From Octopus sinensis (lineage: Eukaryota): 33,847 bases of DNA. The notes below the pieces were generated by a model. It did no database searches and had not been told where the DNA came from. It saw only the letters and a program-made list of their open reading frames with translations. How positions within the stretch are numbered: position 1 is the stretch's first letter; every line of letters starts with the position of its first letter. The translations under genes and the position numbers were made by a program. The DNA is taken from assembly GCF_006345805.1 (NCBI RefSeq), contig NW_021832017.1, positions 1-33,847 on the forward strand. The letters are read 5' to 3'. Below are positions 11,946 to 21,949 of the stretch, piece by piece.

Positions 11946-12364
11946 TGATTCTGAATACATCATAAATAAACCAACCTTATGTAGCGAAGACGAACAGACA
12001 ACTGTTCACTTCCGGCCAAGCACATGGAATGTTTATAAATCATATATCCGGTAAATGGCGGCTTTTTACGAACTGCATGTCGGGTAATGAAAAGTATTTC
12101 GGAATAAGTTTAACAATTAAGGATAATCTCTTAATAAGGGATCTTAACAAGAAATTATCGGGTAGCTAGCGTGAAAACCTCATAAAAGAAAGAATCCGAA
12201 AATAATTTTTTTCTTTTGAACAAATTAATTATATCTATATTGTATAAAGGGCATTATTACACATAAATGCCTCACACTAGGAGGGACAAAGTCATTACTA
12301 CCAAAAATTATACTAATCATACCCAAAAGCAGTTTTTCAAAGCAAGACATTAAAAATGAATTAT

Positions 12365-12420
12365 GTTCTGTATCACCGTGATTTCACATACAACTTGCGT
12401 CTAATGATCGTCAGCAGAAC
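12365..12420 (-). ncRNA. Type I hammerhead ribozyme, array copy L2
   Basis: Identical 56-nt core. Confidence 0.8.
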
Positions 12421-12839
12421 TGATTCTGATAATCATAAATAAACCAACCTTATGTAGCGAAGACGAACAGACAACTGTTCACTCCGGCCAAGCACATGGA
12501 ATGTTTATAAATCATATATCCGGTAAATGGCGGGCTTTTTACGAACTGCATGTCGGGTAATGAAAAGTATTTCGGAATAAGTTTAACAATTAAGGATAAT
12601 CTCTTAATAAGGGATCTTAACAAGAAATTATCGGGTAGCTAGCGTGAAAACCTCATAAAAGAAAAGAATCCGAAAATAATTTTTTTCTTTTGAACAAATT
12701 AATTATATCTATATTGTATAAAGGGCATTATTACACATAAATGCCTCACACTAGGAGGGACAAAGTCATTACTACCAAAAATTATACTAATCATACCCAA
12801 AAGCAGTTTTTCAAAGCAAGACATTTAAAAATGAATTAT

Positions 12840-12895
12840 GTTCTGTATCACCGTGATTTCACATACAACTTGCGTCTAATGATCGTCAGCAGAAC
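12840..12895 (-). ncRNA. Type I hammerhead ribozyme, array copy L3
   Basis: Identical 56-nt core. Confidence 0.8.
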
Positions 12896-13310
12896 TGATT
12901 CTGAATACATCATAAATAAACCAACCTTATGTAGCGAAGACGAACAGACAACTGTTCATCCGGCCAAGCACATGGAATGTTTATAAATCATATATCCGGT
13001 AAATGGCGGGCTTTTTACGAACTGCATGTCGGGTAATGAAAAGTATTTCGGAATAAGTTTAACAATTAAGGATAATCTCTTAATAAGGATCTAACAAGAA
13101 TTATCGGGTAGCTAGCGTGAAAACCTCATAAAAGAAAAGAATCCGAAAATAATTTTTTTCTTTTGAACAAATTAATTATATCTATATTGTATAAAGGGCA
13201 TTATTACACATAAATGCCTCACACTAGGAGGGACAAAGTCATACTACCAAAAATTATACTAATCATACCCAAAAGCAGTTTTTCAAAGCAAGAATTTAAA
13301 AATGAATTAT

Positions 13311-13366
13311 GTTCTGTATCACCGTGATTTCACATACAACTTGCGTCTAATGATCGTCAGCAGAAC
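13311..13366 (-). ncRNA. Type I hammerhead ribozyme, array copy L4
   Basis: Identical 56-nt core. Confidence 0.8.
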
Positions 13367-13783
13367 TGATTCTGAATACATCATAAATAAACCAACCTTA
13401 TGTAGCGAAGACGAACAGACAACTGTTCACTCCGGCAAGCACATGGAATGTTTATAAATCATATATCCGGTAAATGGCGGGCTTTTTACGAACTGCATGT
13501 CGGGTAATGAAAAGTATTTCGGAATAAGTTTAACAATTAAGGATAATCTCTAATAAGGGATCTTAACAAGAAATTATCGGGTAGCTAGCGTGAAAACCTC
13601 ATAAAAGAAAAGAATCCGAAAATAATTTTTTTCTTTTGAACAAATAATTATATCTATATTGTATAAAGGGCATTATTACACATAAATGCCTCACACTAGG
13701 AGGGACAAGTCATTACTACCAAAAATTATACTAATCATACCCAAAAGCAGTTTTTCAAAGCAAGACATTTAAAAATGAATTAT

Positions 13784-13839
13784 GTTCTGTATCACCGTGA
13801 TTTCACATACAACTTGCGTCTAATGATCGTCAGCAGAAC
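13784..13839 (-). ncRNA. Type I hammerhead ribozyme, array copy L5
   Basis: Identical 56-nt core. Confidence 0.8.
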
Positions 13840-14254
13840 TGATTCTGAATACATCATAAATAAACCAACCTTATGTAGCGAAGACGAAAGACAACTGTTC
13901 ACTCCGGCCAAGCACATGGAATGTTTATAAATCATATATCCGGTAAATGGCGGGCTTTTTACGAACTGCATGTCGGGTAATGAAAAGTATTTCGGAATAA
14001 GTTTAACAATTAAGGATAATCTCTTAATAAGGGATCTTAACAAGAAATTATCGGGTAGCTAGCGTGAAAACCTCATAAAAGAAAAGAATCCGAAAATAAT
14101 TTTTTTTTGAACAAATTAATTATATCTATATTGTATAAAGGGCATTTTTACACAAAATGCCTCACACTAGGAGGGACAAAGTCATTACTACCAAAAATTA
14201 TACTAATCATACCCAAAAGCATTTTTCAAAGCAAGACATTTAAAAATGAATTAT

Positions 14255-14310
14255 GTTCTGTATCACCGTGATTTCACATACAACTTGCGTCTAATGATCG
14301 TCAGCAGAAC
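14255..14310 (-). ncRNA. Type I hammerhead ribozyme, array copy L6
   Basis: Identical 56-nt core. Confidence 0.8.
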
Positions 14311-15007
14311 TGATTGAATACATCATAAATAAACCAACCTTATGTAGCGAAGACGAACAGACAACTGTTCACTCCGGCCAAGCACATGGAATGTTTATAA
14401 ATCATATATCCGGTAAATGGCGGGCTTTTTACGAACTGCATGTCGGGTAATGAAAAGTATTTCGGAATAAGGTTTAACATTAAGGATAATCTCTTAATAA
14501 GGGATCTTAACAAGAAATTATCGGGTAGCTAGCGTGAAAACCTCATAAAAGAAAAGAATCCGAAAATAATTTTTTTCTTTTGAACAAATTAATCTATTAT
14601 ATTGTATAAAGGGCATTATTACACATAAATGCCTCACACTAGGAGGGACAAAGTCATTACTAACCACAAAATTATACTAATCATACCCAAAGCAGTTTTT
14701 CAAAGCAAGGACATTTAAAAATGAATTATGTTCTGTATCACCGGAAAAATTATTTTCGGATTCTTTTCTTTTATGAGGTTTTCACGCTAGCTACCCGATA
14801 ATTTCTTGTTAAGATCCCTTATTAAGAGATTATCCTTAATTGTTAAACTTATTCCGAAATACTTTTCATTACCCGACATGCAGTTCGTAAAAAGCCCGCC
14901 ATTTACCGGATATATGATTTATAACATTCCATGTGCTTGGCCGGAGTGAACAGTTGTCTGTTCTCTTCGCTACATAAGGTTGTTTATTTATGATGTATTC
15001 AGAATCA

Positions 15008-15063
15008 GTTCTGCTGACGATCATTAGACGCAAGTTGTATGTGAAATCACGGTGATACAGAAC
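15008..15063 (+). ncRNA. Type I hammerhead ribozyme, array copy R1
   Basis: Stem I GTTCTG 15008-13 / CAGAAC 15058-63; core CTGACGA 15014-20; stem II 15021-42 capped by GCAA; GAAA 15043-46; stem III ATCA/TGAT; predicted cut after AUA at 15057. Confidence 0.8.
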
Positions 15064-15493
15064 ATAATTCATTTTTAAATGTCTTGCTTTGAAAAACTGC
15101 TTTTGGTATGATTAGTATAATTTTTGGTAGTAATAATTTTTGGTAGTAATGACTTTGTCCCTCCTAGTGTGAGGCATTTATGTGTAATATGCCCTTTATA
15201 CAATATAGATATAATTAATTTGTTCAAAAGAAAAAAATTATTTTCGGATTCTTTTCTTTTGAGGTTTTCACGCTAGCTACCCGATAATTTCTTGTTAAGA
15301 TCCCTTATTAAGAGATTATCCTTAATTGTTAACTTATTCCGAAATACTTTTCATTACCGACATGCAGTTCGTAAAAAGCCCGCCATTTACCGGATATATG
15401 ATTTATAAACATTCCATGTGCTTGGCCGGAGTGAACAGTTGTCTGTTCGTCTCGCTACATAAGGTTGGTTTATTTATGATGTATTCAGAATCA

Positions 15494-15549
15494 GTTCTGC
15501 TGACGATCATTAGACGCAAGTTGTATGTGAAATCACGGTGATACAGAAC
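15494..15549 (+). ncRNA. Type I hammerhead ribozyme, array copy R2
   Basis: Identical core; predicted cut after 15543. Confidence 0.8.
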
Positions 15550-15969
15550 ATAATTCATTTTTAAATGTCTTGCTTTGAAAAACTGCTTTTGGGTATGATT
15601 AGTATAATTTTTGGTAGTAATGACTTTGTCCTCCTAGTGTGAGGCATTTATGTAATAATGCCCTTTATACAATATAGATATAATTAATTTGTTCAAAAGA
15701 AAAAAATTATTTTCGATTCTTTTCTTTTATGAGGTTTTCACGCTAGCTACCCGACGATAATTTCTTGTTAAGATCCTTATTAAGAGATTATCCTTAATTG
15801 TTAAACTTATTCCGAAATACTTTTCATTACCCGACATGCAGTTCGTAAAAAGCCCGCCATTTACCGGATATATGATTTATAAACATTCCATGTGCTTGGC
15901 CGGAAGTGAACAGTTGTCTGTTCGTCTTCGCTACATAAGGTTGGTTTATTTATGATGTATTCAGAATCA

Positions 15970-16025
15970 GTTCTGCTGACGATCATTAGACGCAAGTTGT
16001 ATGTGAAATCACGGTGATACAGAAC
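15970..16025 (+). ncRNA. Type I hammerhead ribozyme, array copy R3
   Basis: Identical core; predicted cut after 16019. Confidence 0.8.
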
Positions 16026-16443
16026 ATAATTCATTTTTAAATGTCTTGCTTTGAAAAACTGCTTTTGGGTATGATTAGTATAATTTTTGGTAGTAATGAC
16101 TTTGTCCCTCCTAGTGTGAGGCATTTATGTGTAATATGCCCTTATACAATATAGATATAATTAATTTGTTCAAAAGAAAAAAATATTTTCGGATTCTTTT
16201 CTTTTATGAGGTTTTCACGGGACGCTACTACGACGATAATTCTTGTTAGATCCCTTATTAAGAGATTATCCTTATTGTTAAACTTATTCCGAAATACTTT
16301 TCATTACCCGACATGCAGTTCGTAAAAAGCCCGCCATTTACCGGATATATGATTATAACATTCCATGTGCTTGGCCGGAGTGAACAGTTGTCTGTTCGTC
16401 TTCGCTACATAAGGTTGGTTTATTTATGATGTATTCAGAATCA

Positions 16444-16499
16444 GTTCTGCTGACGATCATTAGACGCAAGTTGTATGTGAAATCACGGTGATACAGAAC
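16444..16499 (+). ncRNA. Type I hammerhead ribozyme, array copy R4
   Basis: Identical core; predicted cut after 16493. Confidence 0.8.
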
Positions 16500-16918
16500 A
16501 TAATTCATTTTTAAATGTCTTGCTTTGAAAAACTGCTTGGGTATGATTAGTATAATTTTTGGTAGTAATGACTTTGTCCCTCCTAGTGTGTGAGGCATTT
16601 ATGTGTAATAATGCCTTTATACAATATAGATATAATTAATTTGTTCAAAAGAAAAAAATTATTTTCGGATTCTTTTCTTTTATGAGGTTTTCACGCTAGC
16701 TACCCGAGTAATTTCTTGTTAAGATCCCTTATTAAGAGATTATCCTTAATTGTTAAACTTATTCCGAAATACTTTTCATTACCGACAGCAGTTCGTAAAA
16801 AGCCCGCCATTTACCGGATATATGATTTATAAACATTCCATGTGCTTGGCCGGAGTGAACAGTTGTCTGTTCGTCTTCGCTACATAAGGTTGGTTTATTT
16901 ATGATGTATTCAGAATCA

Positions 16919-16974
16919 GTTCTGCTGACGATCATTAGACGCAAGTTGTATGTGAAATCACGGTGATACAGAAC
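16919..16974 (+). ncRNA. Type I hammerhead ribozyme, array copy R5
   Basis: Identical core; predicted cut after 16968. Confidence 0.8.
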
Positions 16975-17249
16975 ATAATCATTTTTAAATGTCTTGCTTT
17001 GAAAAACTGCTTTTGGGTATGATTAGTATAATTTTTGGTAGTAATGACTTTGTCCCTCCTAGTGTGAGGCATTTATGTGTAATAATGCCCTTTATACAAT
17101 ATAGATATAATTAATTTGTTCAAAAGAAAAAAATTATTTTCGGATTCTTTTCTTTTATGAGGTTTTCACGCTAGCCCGATAATTTCTTGTTAAGATCCCT
17201 TATTAAGAGATTATCCTTAATTGTTAAACTTATTCCGAAATACTTTTCA

Positions 17250-17546
17250 TTACCCGACATGCAGTTCGTAAAAAGCCCGCCATTTACCGGATATATGATT
17301 TATAAACATTCCATGTGCTTGGCCGGAGTGAACAGTTGTCTGTTCGTCTTCGCTACATAAGGTTGGTTTATTTATGATGTATTCAGAATCAGTTCTGCTG
17401 ACGATCATTAGACGCAAGTTGTATGTGAAATCACGGTGATACAGAACATAATTCATTTTTAAATGTCTTGCTTTGAAAAACTGCTTTTGGGTATGATTAG
17501 TATAATTTTTGGTAGTAATGACTTTGTCCCTCCTAGTGTGAGGCAT
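17250..17546 (-). CDS. Hypothetical 98-aa ORF of the repeat unit, antisense to the hammerhead; coding status unsupported
   Basis: From the ORF track (MPHTRRDK...ELHVG). Intact in this copy and broken by indels in others. No recognisable domain. Confidence 0.12.
   Translation of the reverse strand: MPHTRRDKVITTKNYTNHTQKQFFKARHLKMNYVLYHRDFTYNLRLMIVSRTDSEYIINKPTLCSEDEQTTVHSGQAHGMFINHISGKWRAFYELHVG
17392..17447 (+). ncRNA. Type I hammerhead ribozyme, array copy R6
   Basis: Identical core; predicted cut after 17441. Confidence 0.8.
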
Positions 17547-17868
17547 TTATGTGAATAATGCCCTTTATACAATATAGATATAATTAATTTGTTCAAAAGA
17601 AAAAAATTATTTTCGGATTCTTTTCTTTTATGAGGTTTTCACGCTAGCTACCCGACTAATTTCTTGTTAAGATCCCTTATTAAGAGATTATCCTTAATTG
17701 TTAAACTTATTCCGAAATACTTTTCATTACCCGACATGCAGTTCGTAAAAAGCCCGCCATTTACCGGATATATGATTTATAAACATTCCATGTGCTTGGC
17801 CGGAGTGAACAGTTGTCTGTTCGTCTTCGCTACATAAGGTTGGTTTATTTATGATGTATTCAGAATCA

Positions 17869-17924
17869 GTTCTGCTGACGATCATTAGACGCAAGTTGTA
17901 TGTGAAATCACGGTGATACAGAAC
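17869..17924 (+). ncRNA. Type I hammerhead ribozyme, array copy R7
   Basis: Identical core; predicted cut after 17918. Confidence 0.8.
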
Positions 17925-18183
17925 ATAATTCATTTTTAAATGTCTTGCTTTGAAAAACTGCTTTTGGTATGATTAGTATAATTTTTGGTAGTAATGACTT
18001 TGTCCCTCCTAGTGTGAGGCATTTATGTGTAATAATGCCCTTTATACAATATAGATATAATTAATTTGTTCAAAAGAAAAAAATTATTTTCGGATTCTTT
18101 TCTTTTATGAGGTTTTCACGCTAGCTACCCGATAATTTCTTGTTAAGATCCCTTATTAAGAGATTATCCTTAATTGTTAAACT

Positions 18184-18216
<33 letters not shown>

Positions 18217-18440
18217 CGATATATGTATATATACATATGCATGCATGCGTACATGTATAGATTTGTGAGATCCCACATACTTAGTGATATATTTTTAATT
18301 CAGGACGACCAGGTTTTTAAAGCCAAACAACGAATATCTTTAAATTTATCATACAAACATCTACACAAACACTGTGAGACGCATTTCAGAATATACAGAA
18401 ATACTCTCGAATTTAGCCATCCATACATACATACATTTTT

Positions 18441-18700
18441 ATGGCTGCCCCCTCGTTATCGAGTATGGCCATTGCACGAAGCTTAACTGTTACTGGTGCT
18501 GTGATCGAATGTGACTTTTTAGCGCAGCTAAAGATCTATAATGTCTTGTACAGAATTGACAACTAATACCTTTACCGGTAATAGCCGGCTATAGTTGTAA
18601 CTGGGCTTCATGTACCTTTGCATATCGTCTAAGTCTTCCTGCCGAATTACTCTCTCTTCCACATGCCCGGCAGATATGATTAGTATGGTGTGTTACACCA
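18441..18700 (-). mobile_element. RTE-like LINE 3' end with two C2H2-like motifs, between (CATA)n tracts
   Basis: Minus-strand translation HICRACGRESNSAGRLRRYAKVH...*..SCQFCTRHYRSLAALKSHIRSQH*, followed by a short 3' UTR and an (ATGT)n tail. Confidence 0.6.
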
Positions 18701-18747
18701 CCATACATACATACATACATACATACATACATACATACATACATACA

Positions 18748-18781
<34 letters not shown>

Positions 18782-19267
18782 CATTGACCGGTTGAAAAAT
18801 ATATCTTTCAACTTGTTCTGCAATACATTTCAGCGCTTCAAAACCAAACTTATGTTTGTTTACATATGACGTAATTGAATTTAAGTTTTACACTAGATAT
18901 CATTAGATATAATGGAAATAAGAACAAGTAGACTTTTGTTATTGAGAAAATATATAACAAGGGAACTTCATCTTTTTATAGTATTAAGAACTTAAAATAA
19001 ATCAAATGTTTCGACTGTTATGTAGTTTTTCAACATAACTATAAAACAGCAAATGGAAAAACAATTCGAGAAGCGAAAATATGAAATTTACATAAAATTT
19101 TGTACGATTTGTTTTTTTCCTTATTGAGGCCTTTGTAAGGTGTAGTTCCATCTAAACCAATGGGATCTGTCTAAGCTAAACACTATAAAGTGAAAATGTG
19201 TGGAGAGCACTTGTTTACTCTTATGGGTGGTTGATCAGATTTCAGCTGAATCATGGAATTAGTATGT

Positions 19268-19512
19268 GAGAGGGCATAGCCTAGTGGCTAGGATGCTATA
19301 GTCATGATCGCGAGATCGTGGTTTCGATTTCTACACTTCATCTCAAGATGTGCTCTGTGATCACATCGACACATGGCCTTTCATACACCGTACAGGTAAT
19401 GTGCCGATTTGATGTAGAGAGTGAGATAATGTGCAACACGAACGTTTTGCTCACTATAAACAAAACAAATGGTCTGTGATGGTTGTTCGGGAAGACTTTA
19501 GAGAACCATCTT
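19268..19512 (+). mobile_element. Degenerate tRNA-derived SINE (family D)
   Basis: A-box-like TAGCCTAGTGG and B-box-like GGTTTCGATT; body resembles an octopus SINE as remembered. Confidence 0.55.
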
Positions 19513-19682
19513 TCTCCGCCTCCAGTGACTACCAAACATAGACTATACATGGAATGAATTAACTGGACACTACACGCGACAAACAATCGGTAGACTAAGA
19601 AGCTAAAAAAATCAATCGATCCGACATTTTTGGAAAATATTAAGGAATTATTATATAGTTAATTAATTATACAACAGAAAAT

Positions 19683-19748
<66 letters not shown>
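19683..19748. repeat. (AAT)n microsatellite
   Basis: Directly visible. Confidence 0.97.
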
Positions 19749-19750
<2 letters not shown>

Positions 19751-19800
19751 CGTTGAAAAATACCTTAGGGATGAGAACCCAGATTCGAAATTTCTCCAAG

Positions 19801-19844
19801 ACACCTGATGAAGGCTGGAGGGTATATCAACCGAAACGTTGTGT
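19801..19844 (+). ncRNA. Minimal type I hammerhead (Penelope-terminus-like), solo copy
   Basis: ACAC-CTGATGA-A-GGCTG-(10 nt)-CAACC-GAA-ACGT-T-GTGT. Stem I ACAC/GTGT; stem II has one C-A mismatch; predicted cut after 19840. Confidence 0.6.
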
Positions 19845-20013
19845 TGACAACAAACAAGATGAGGACAAATATCCGTCAAAAGTAAATAATTTAAATAATG
19901 TACATAATTCCTCATCTCTTAAATATGGAACTAAACAGAAAATAATTTAGAATTTACTATAAATGTTTAATAACAAAGGCATTAACTTATTCCTATCAGA
20001 AATCTCTAGTGAT

Positions 20014-20230
20014 TAAGGCGGCGAACTGGCAGACACGTTAGCACGCCGAGCGAAATACTTAGCTGTATTTCGTCTGTCTTTACGTTCTGAGTTCAAATTT
20101 CGTCGAGGTCGACCTTGCTTTTCATACTTTCGGGGTCGATAAATTAAGTATCAGTTACCTACTGGAATTCATCTAATCGACTGGCCCCCTCCCCCAAAAT
20201 TTCGGGCCTTGTGGCTTGAGTAGAAAAGAA
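20014..20230 (+). mobile_element. Full-length SINE family A
   Basis: GGCGGCGAACTGGCAGACACGTTAG head, B-box-like GAGTTCAAATT, CTTTCGGGGTCGATAAATTAAGTA body. Confidence 0.85.
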
Positions 20231-20384
20231 ATCGCAAGTGATGAAGGGCATAAAAGAAGTTGCTAATTCTTACATGTATAAATTAATTTGGCCAATACAA
20301 AACCAAACCTATAATGATTGATATGTTGCCTAATCTTTGAGGTTTCAGGATAATAATGCCAATGGTGATCGGTTAAAAGGCTCA

Positions 20385-21220
20385 GACAGAAGCGTGGAGT
20401 TTTAAAGAAAATTTTCGAAATTGGTTTACACGAATTTGTGCCTATATGTGCACTTAATTTCCGTAATATCTGTAATCCTTTAAATACTAAATGTATTTTA
20501 CACCTTCCTAACTCTCGGGCCCATCTCTATCAATCTTAGTTTCATATTGCGTAAATAGTTCACCACACAACGTGTCCTTGCTCCTACAACCAATGGATCA
20601 AGGAATTATCCAGAATTTCAAACGTCTCTATAGAAATATTTCCATGAAACAAGTAATCAACAACGTGGTTTCTTTTCCTAACCATAACTCTAATTTATAA
20701 TTAAGGATGCGCTCCTTGCATCAGTAGTAACGTGGGCGTATTTTAAAGCCGTCACTCTTCTGAGAGCATGGTGACCACTTGGGGTCATTTTTCTGGTTGA
20801 TGATTTATAATTTATTACGAGGAAGATGAACAGCATTTTGATGGTTTCAATATTAGGCACAGCACAAAAGAAATGACAGTACCGCAAAGCGTACAAACGA
20901 CAGCCATAGAAAATCCAACGCATAGTTTTTAAGGATAAAGCTATCGATGATTGGATTGCGGTTGACAACGATTTTGAATTAGAATTAAACCAAAATTTTT
21001 CAGATTAGATTATCGATACTGTGATTGATCCCGAAGATCGAGATGAAGCAATGTTTTCCAATGAAGGTGATAATGGAAACGAAGCAATTTAAAATGAGTT
21101 TTGGACTAAAGCTGATTATAAAATTCTCGAACATGATTCGTTCTTTTGAACATAATCTTAATTTCTCTGCGCAACAAGCATGTGGAAAGCATATCTGCTT
21201 CAAACGCGAGTCCTGGTAGC
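20385..21220 (+). mobile_element. pogo/Tigger-type DDE transposase remnant
   Basis: HEFVP..TKCILHLPNSRAH, SPHNVSLLLQPMDQGIIQNFKRLYR (LQPxDQG motif), IKDAL..W..KAVTLLRAW, DDWIAVDND. Stops and frameshifts present. Confidence 0.8.
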
Positions 21221-21949
21221 GAACCGACATTAAGAAATACACAACTGAAATAGAATTGGAACCACACATCAAATATTGCTATAGAGTTTTTTTTAAATGT
21301 AAAATAGCTTTTTGAATTTTATTTTATTAAAACATGTTCTTCTAACTTAAACTGTTTGTCTTGCGTTATTTATTTTCCAATTTCCCCCCCAAAAAAGAAA
21401 TAATAATAATGAATAAGCAATTATTTATTGTTTAGCAGTCGTAACGCAGAATGAAATTTATATTAAATGCTGCTTTATAAATAATAAAACGAATATTTTT
21501 TTTCAATTTGATTGCTGATCCACATTATTTAACAGCTGTAAGGAGGTATTCATCATAGCAAACACCCACTTGACATCATGTATTGTATCTCCTGAAGATG
21601 CGTAATAAATGCTTCGTAAACCTTCTCAGATAAAGAGAGATTCGTAATAGCATCATTTGAAATATCTTACACTGCCATCACTTAGAAAGTTACCAGTTTT
21701 CGTTTCATACTATCGTCACAGTTAATGACAAGATGCCAATCGTTTTTCTTATCTCTGTTTAAAAGTTGTTGATTATTATATGAAAACATTTGGTTCTAGA
21801 AAAACGAAAAAATTCATTGAAAATAATTTTTTTGTCCACCTTCTCCGCGATACGTACTTCTTCTTCCAATTCGGTATTAACATATAAAATGAAAATGTAT
21901 ACGCTAAAATAATAACTGAGAAACCTGTTAAAATAAATATCAATTTTGA

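Larger units (their letters stand above)
11762..18185. mobile_element. Tandem array of ~475-bp hammerhead-containing units (candidate non-LTR retrozyme), two arms head-to-head, flanked by (TA)n
   Basis: Left arm 11762-14743 (about 6.3 units, ribozyme sense on -). Right arm 14744-18185 (about 7.2 units, ribozyme sense on +). Spacing between ribozyme cores is 471-486 bp. Confidence 0.85.

Noticed and set aside
11990-12020. Pol III A/B boxes in the array unit (TAGCGAAGACG; GTTCACTCC)
   Set aside because: Both deviate from consensus at key positions and lie on the strand opposite the ribozyme.
12040-12300. Second ribozyme (twister or opposite-polarity hammerhead) in the unit, prompted by AAGCCCG and GAGGG
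   Set aside because: Could not assemble the required stems or pseudoknots by eye; an Infernal scan of both strands would be decisive.
11762-18185. CRISPR-like or multi-gene tandem array
   Set aside because: Units are ~475 bp and identical throughout, with no unique spacers, in a eukaryotic repeat context.
19001-19041. Minus-strand TTGAAAA...GTCGAAAC (U3-A8-like core)
   Set aside because: Stems I and III do not pair; at best a decayed terminus.
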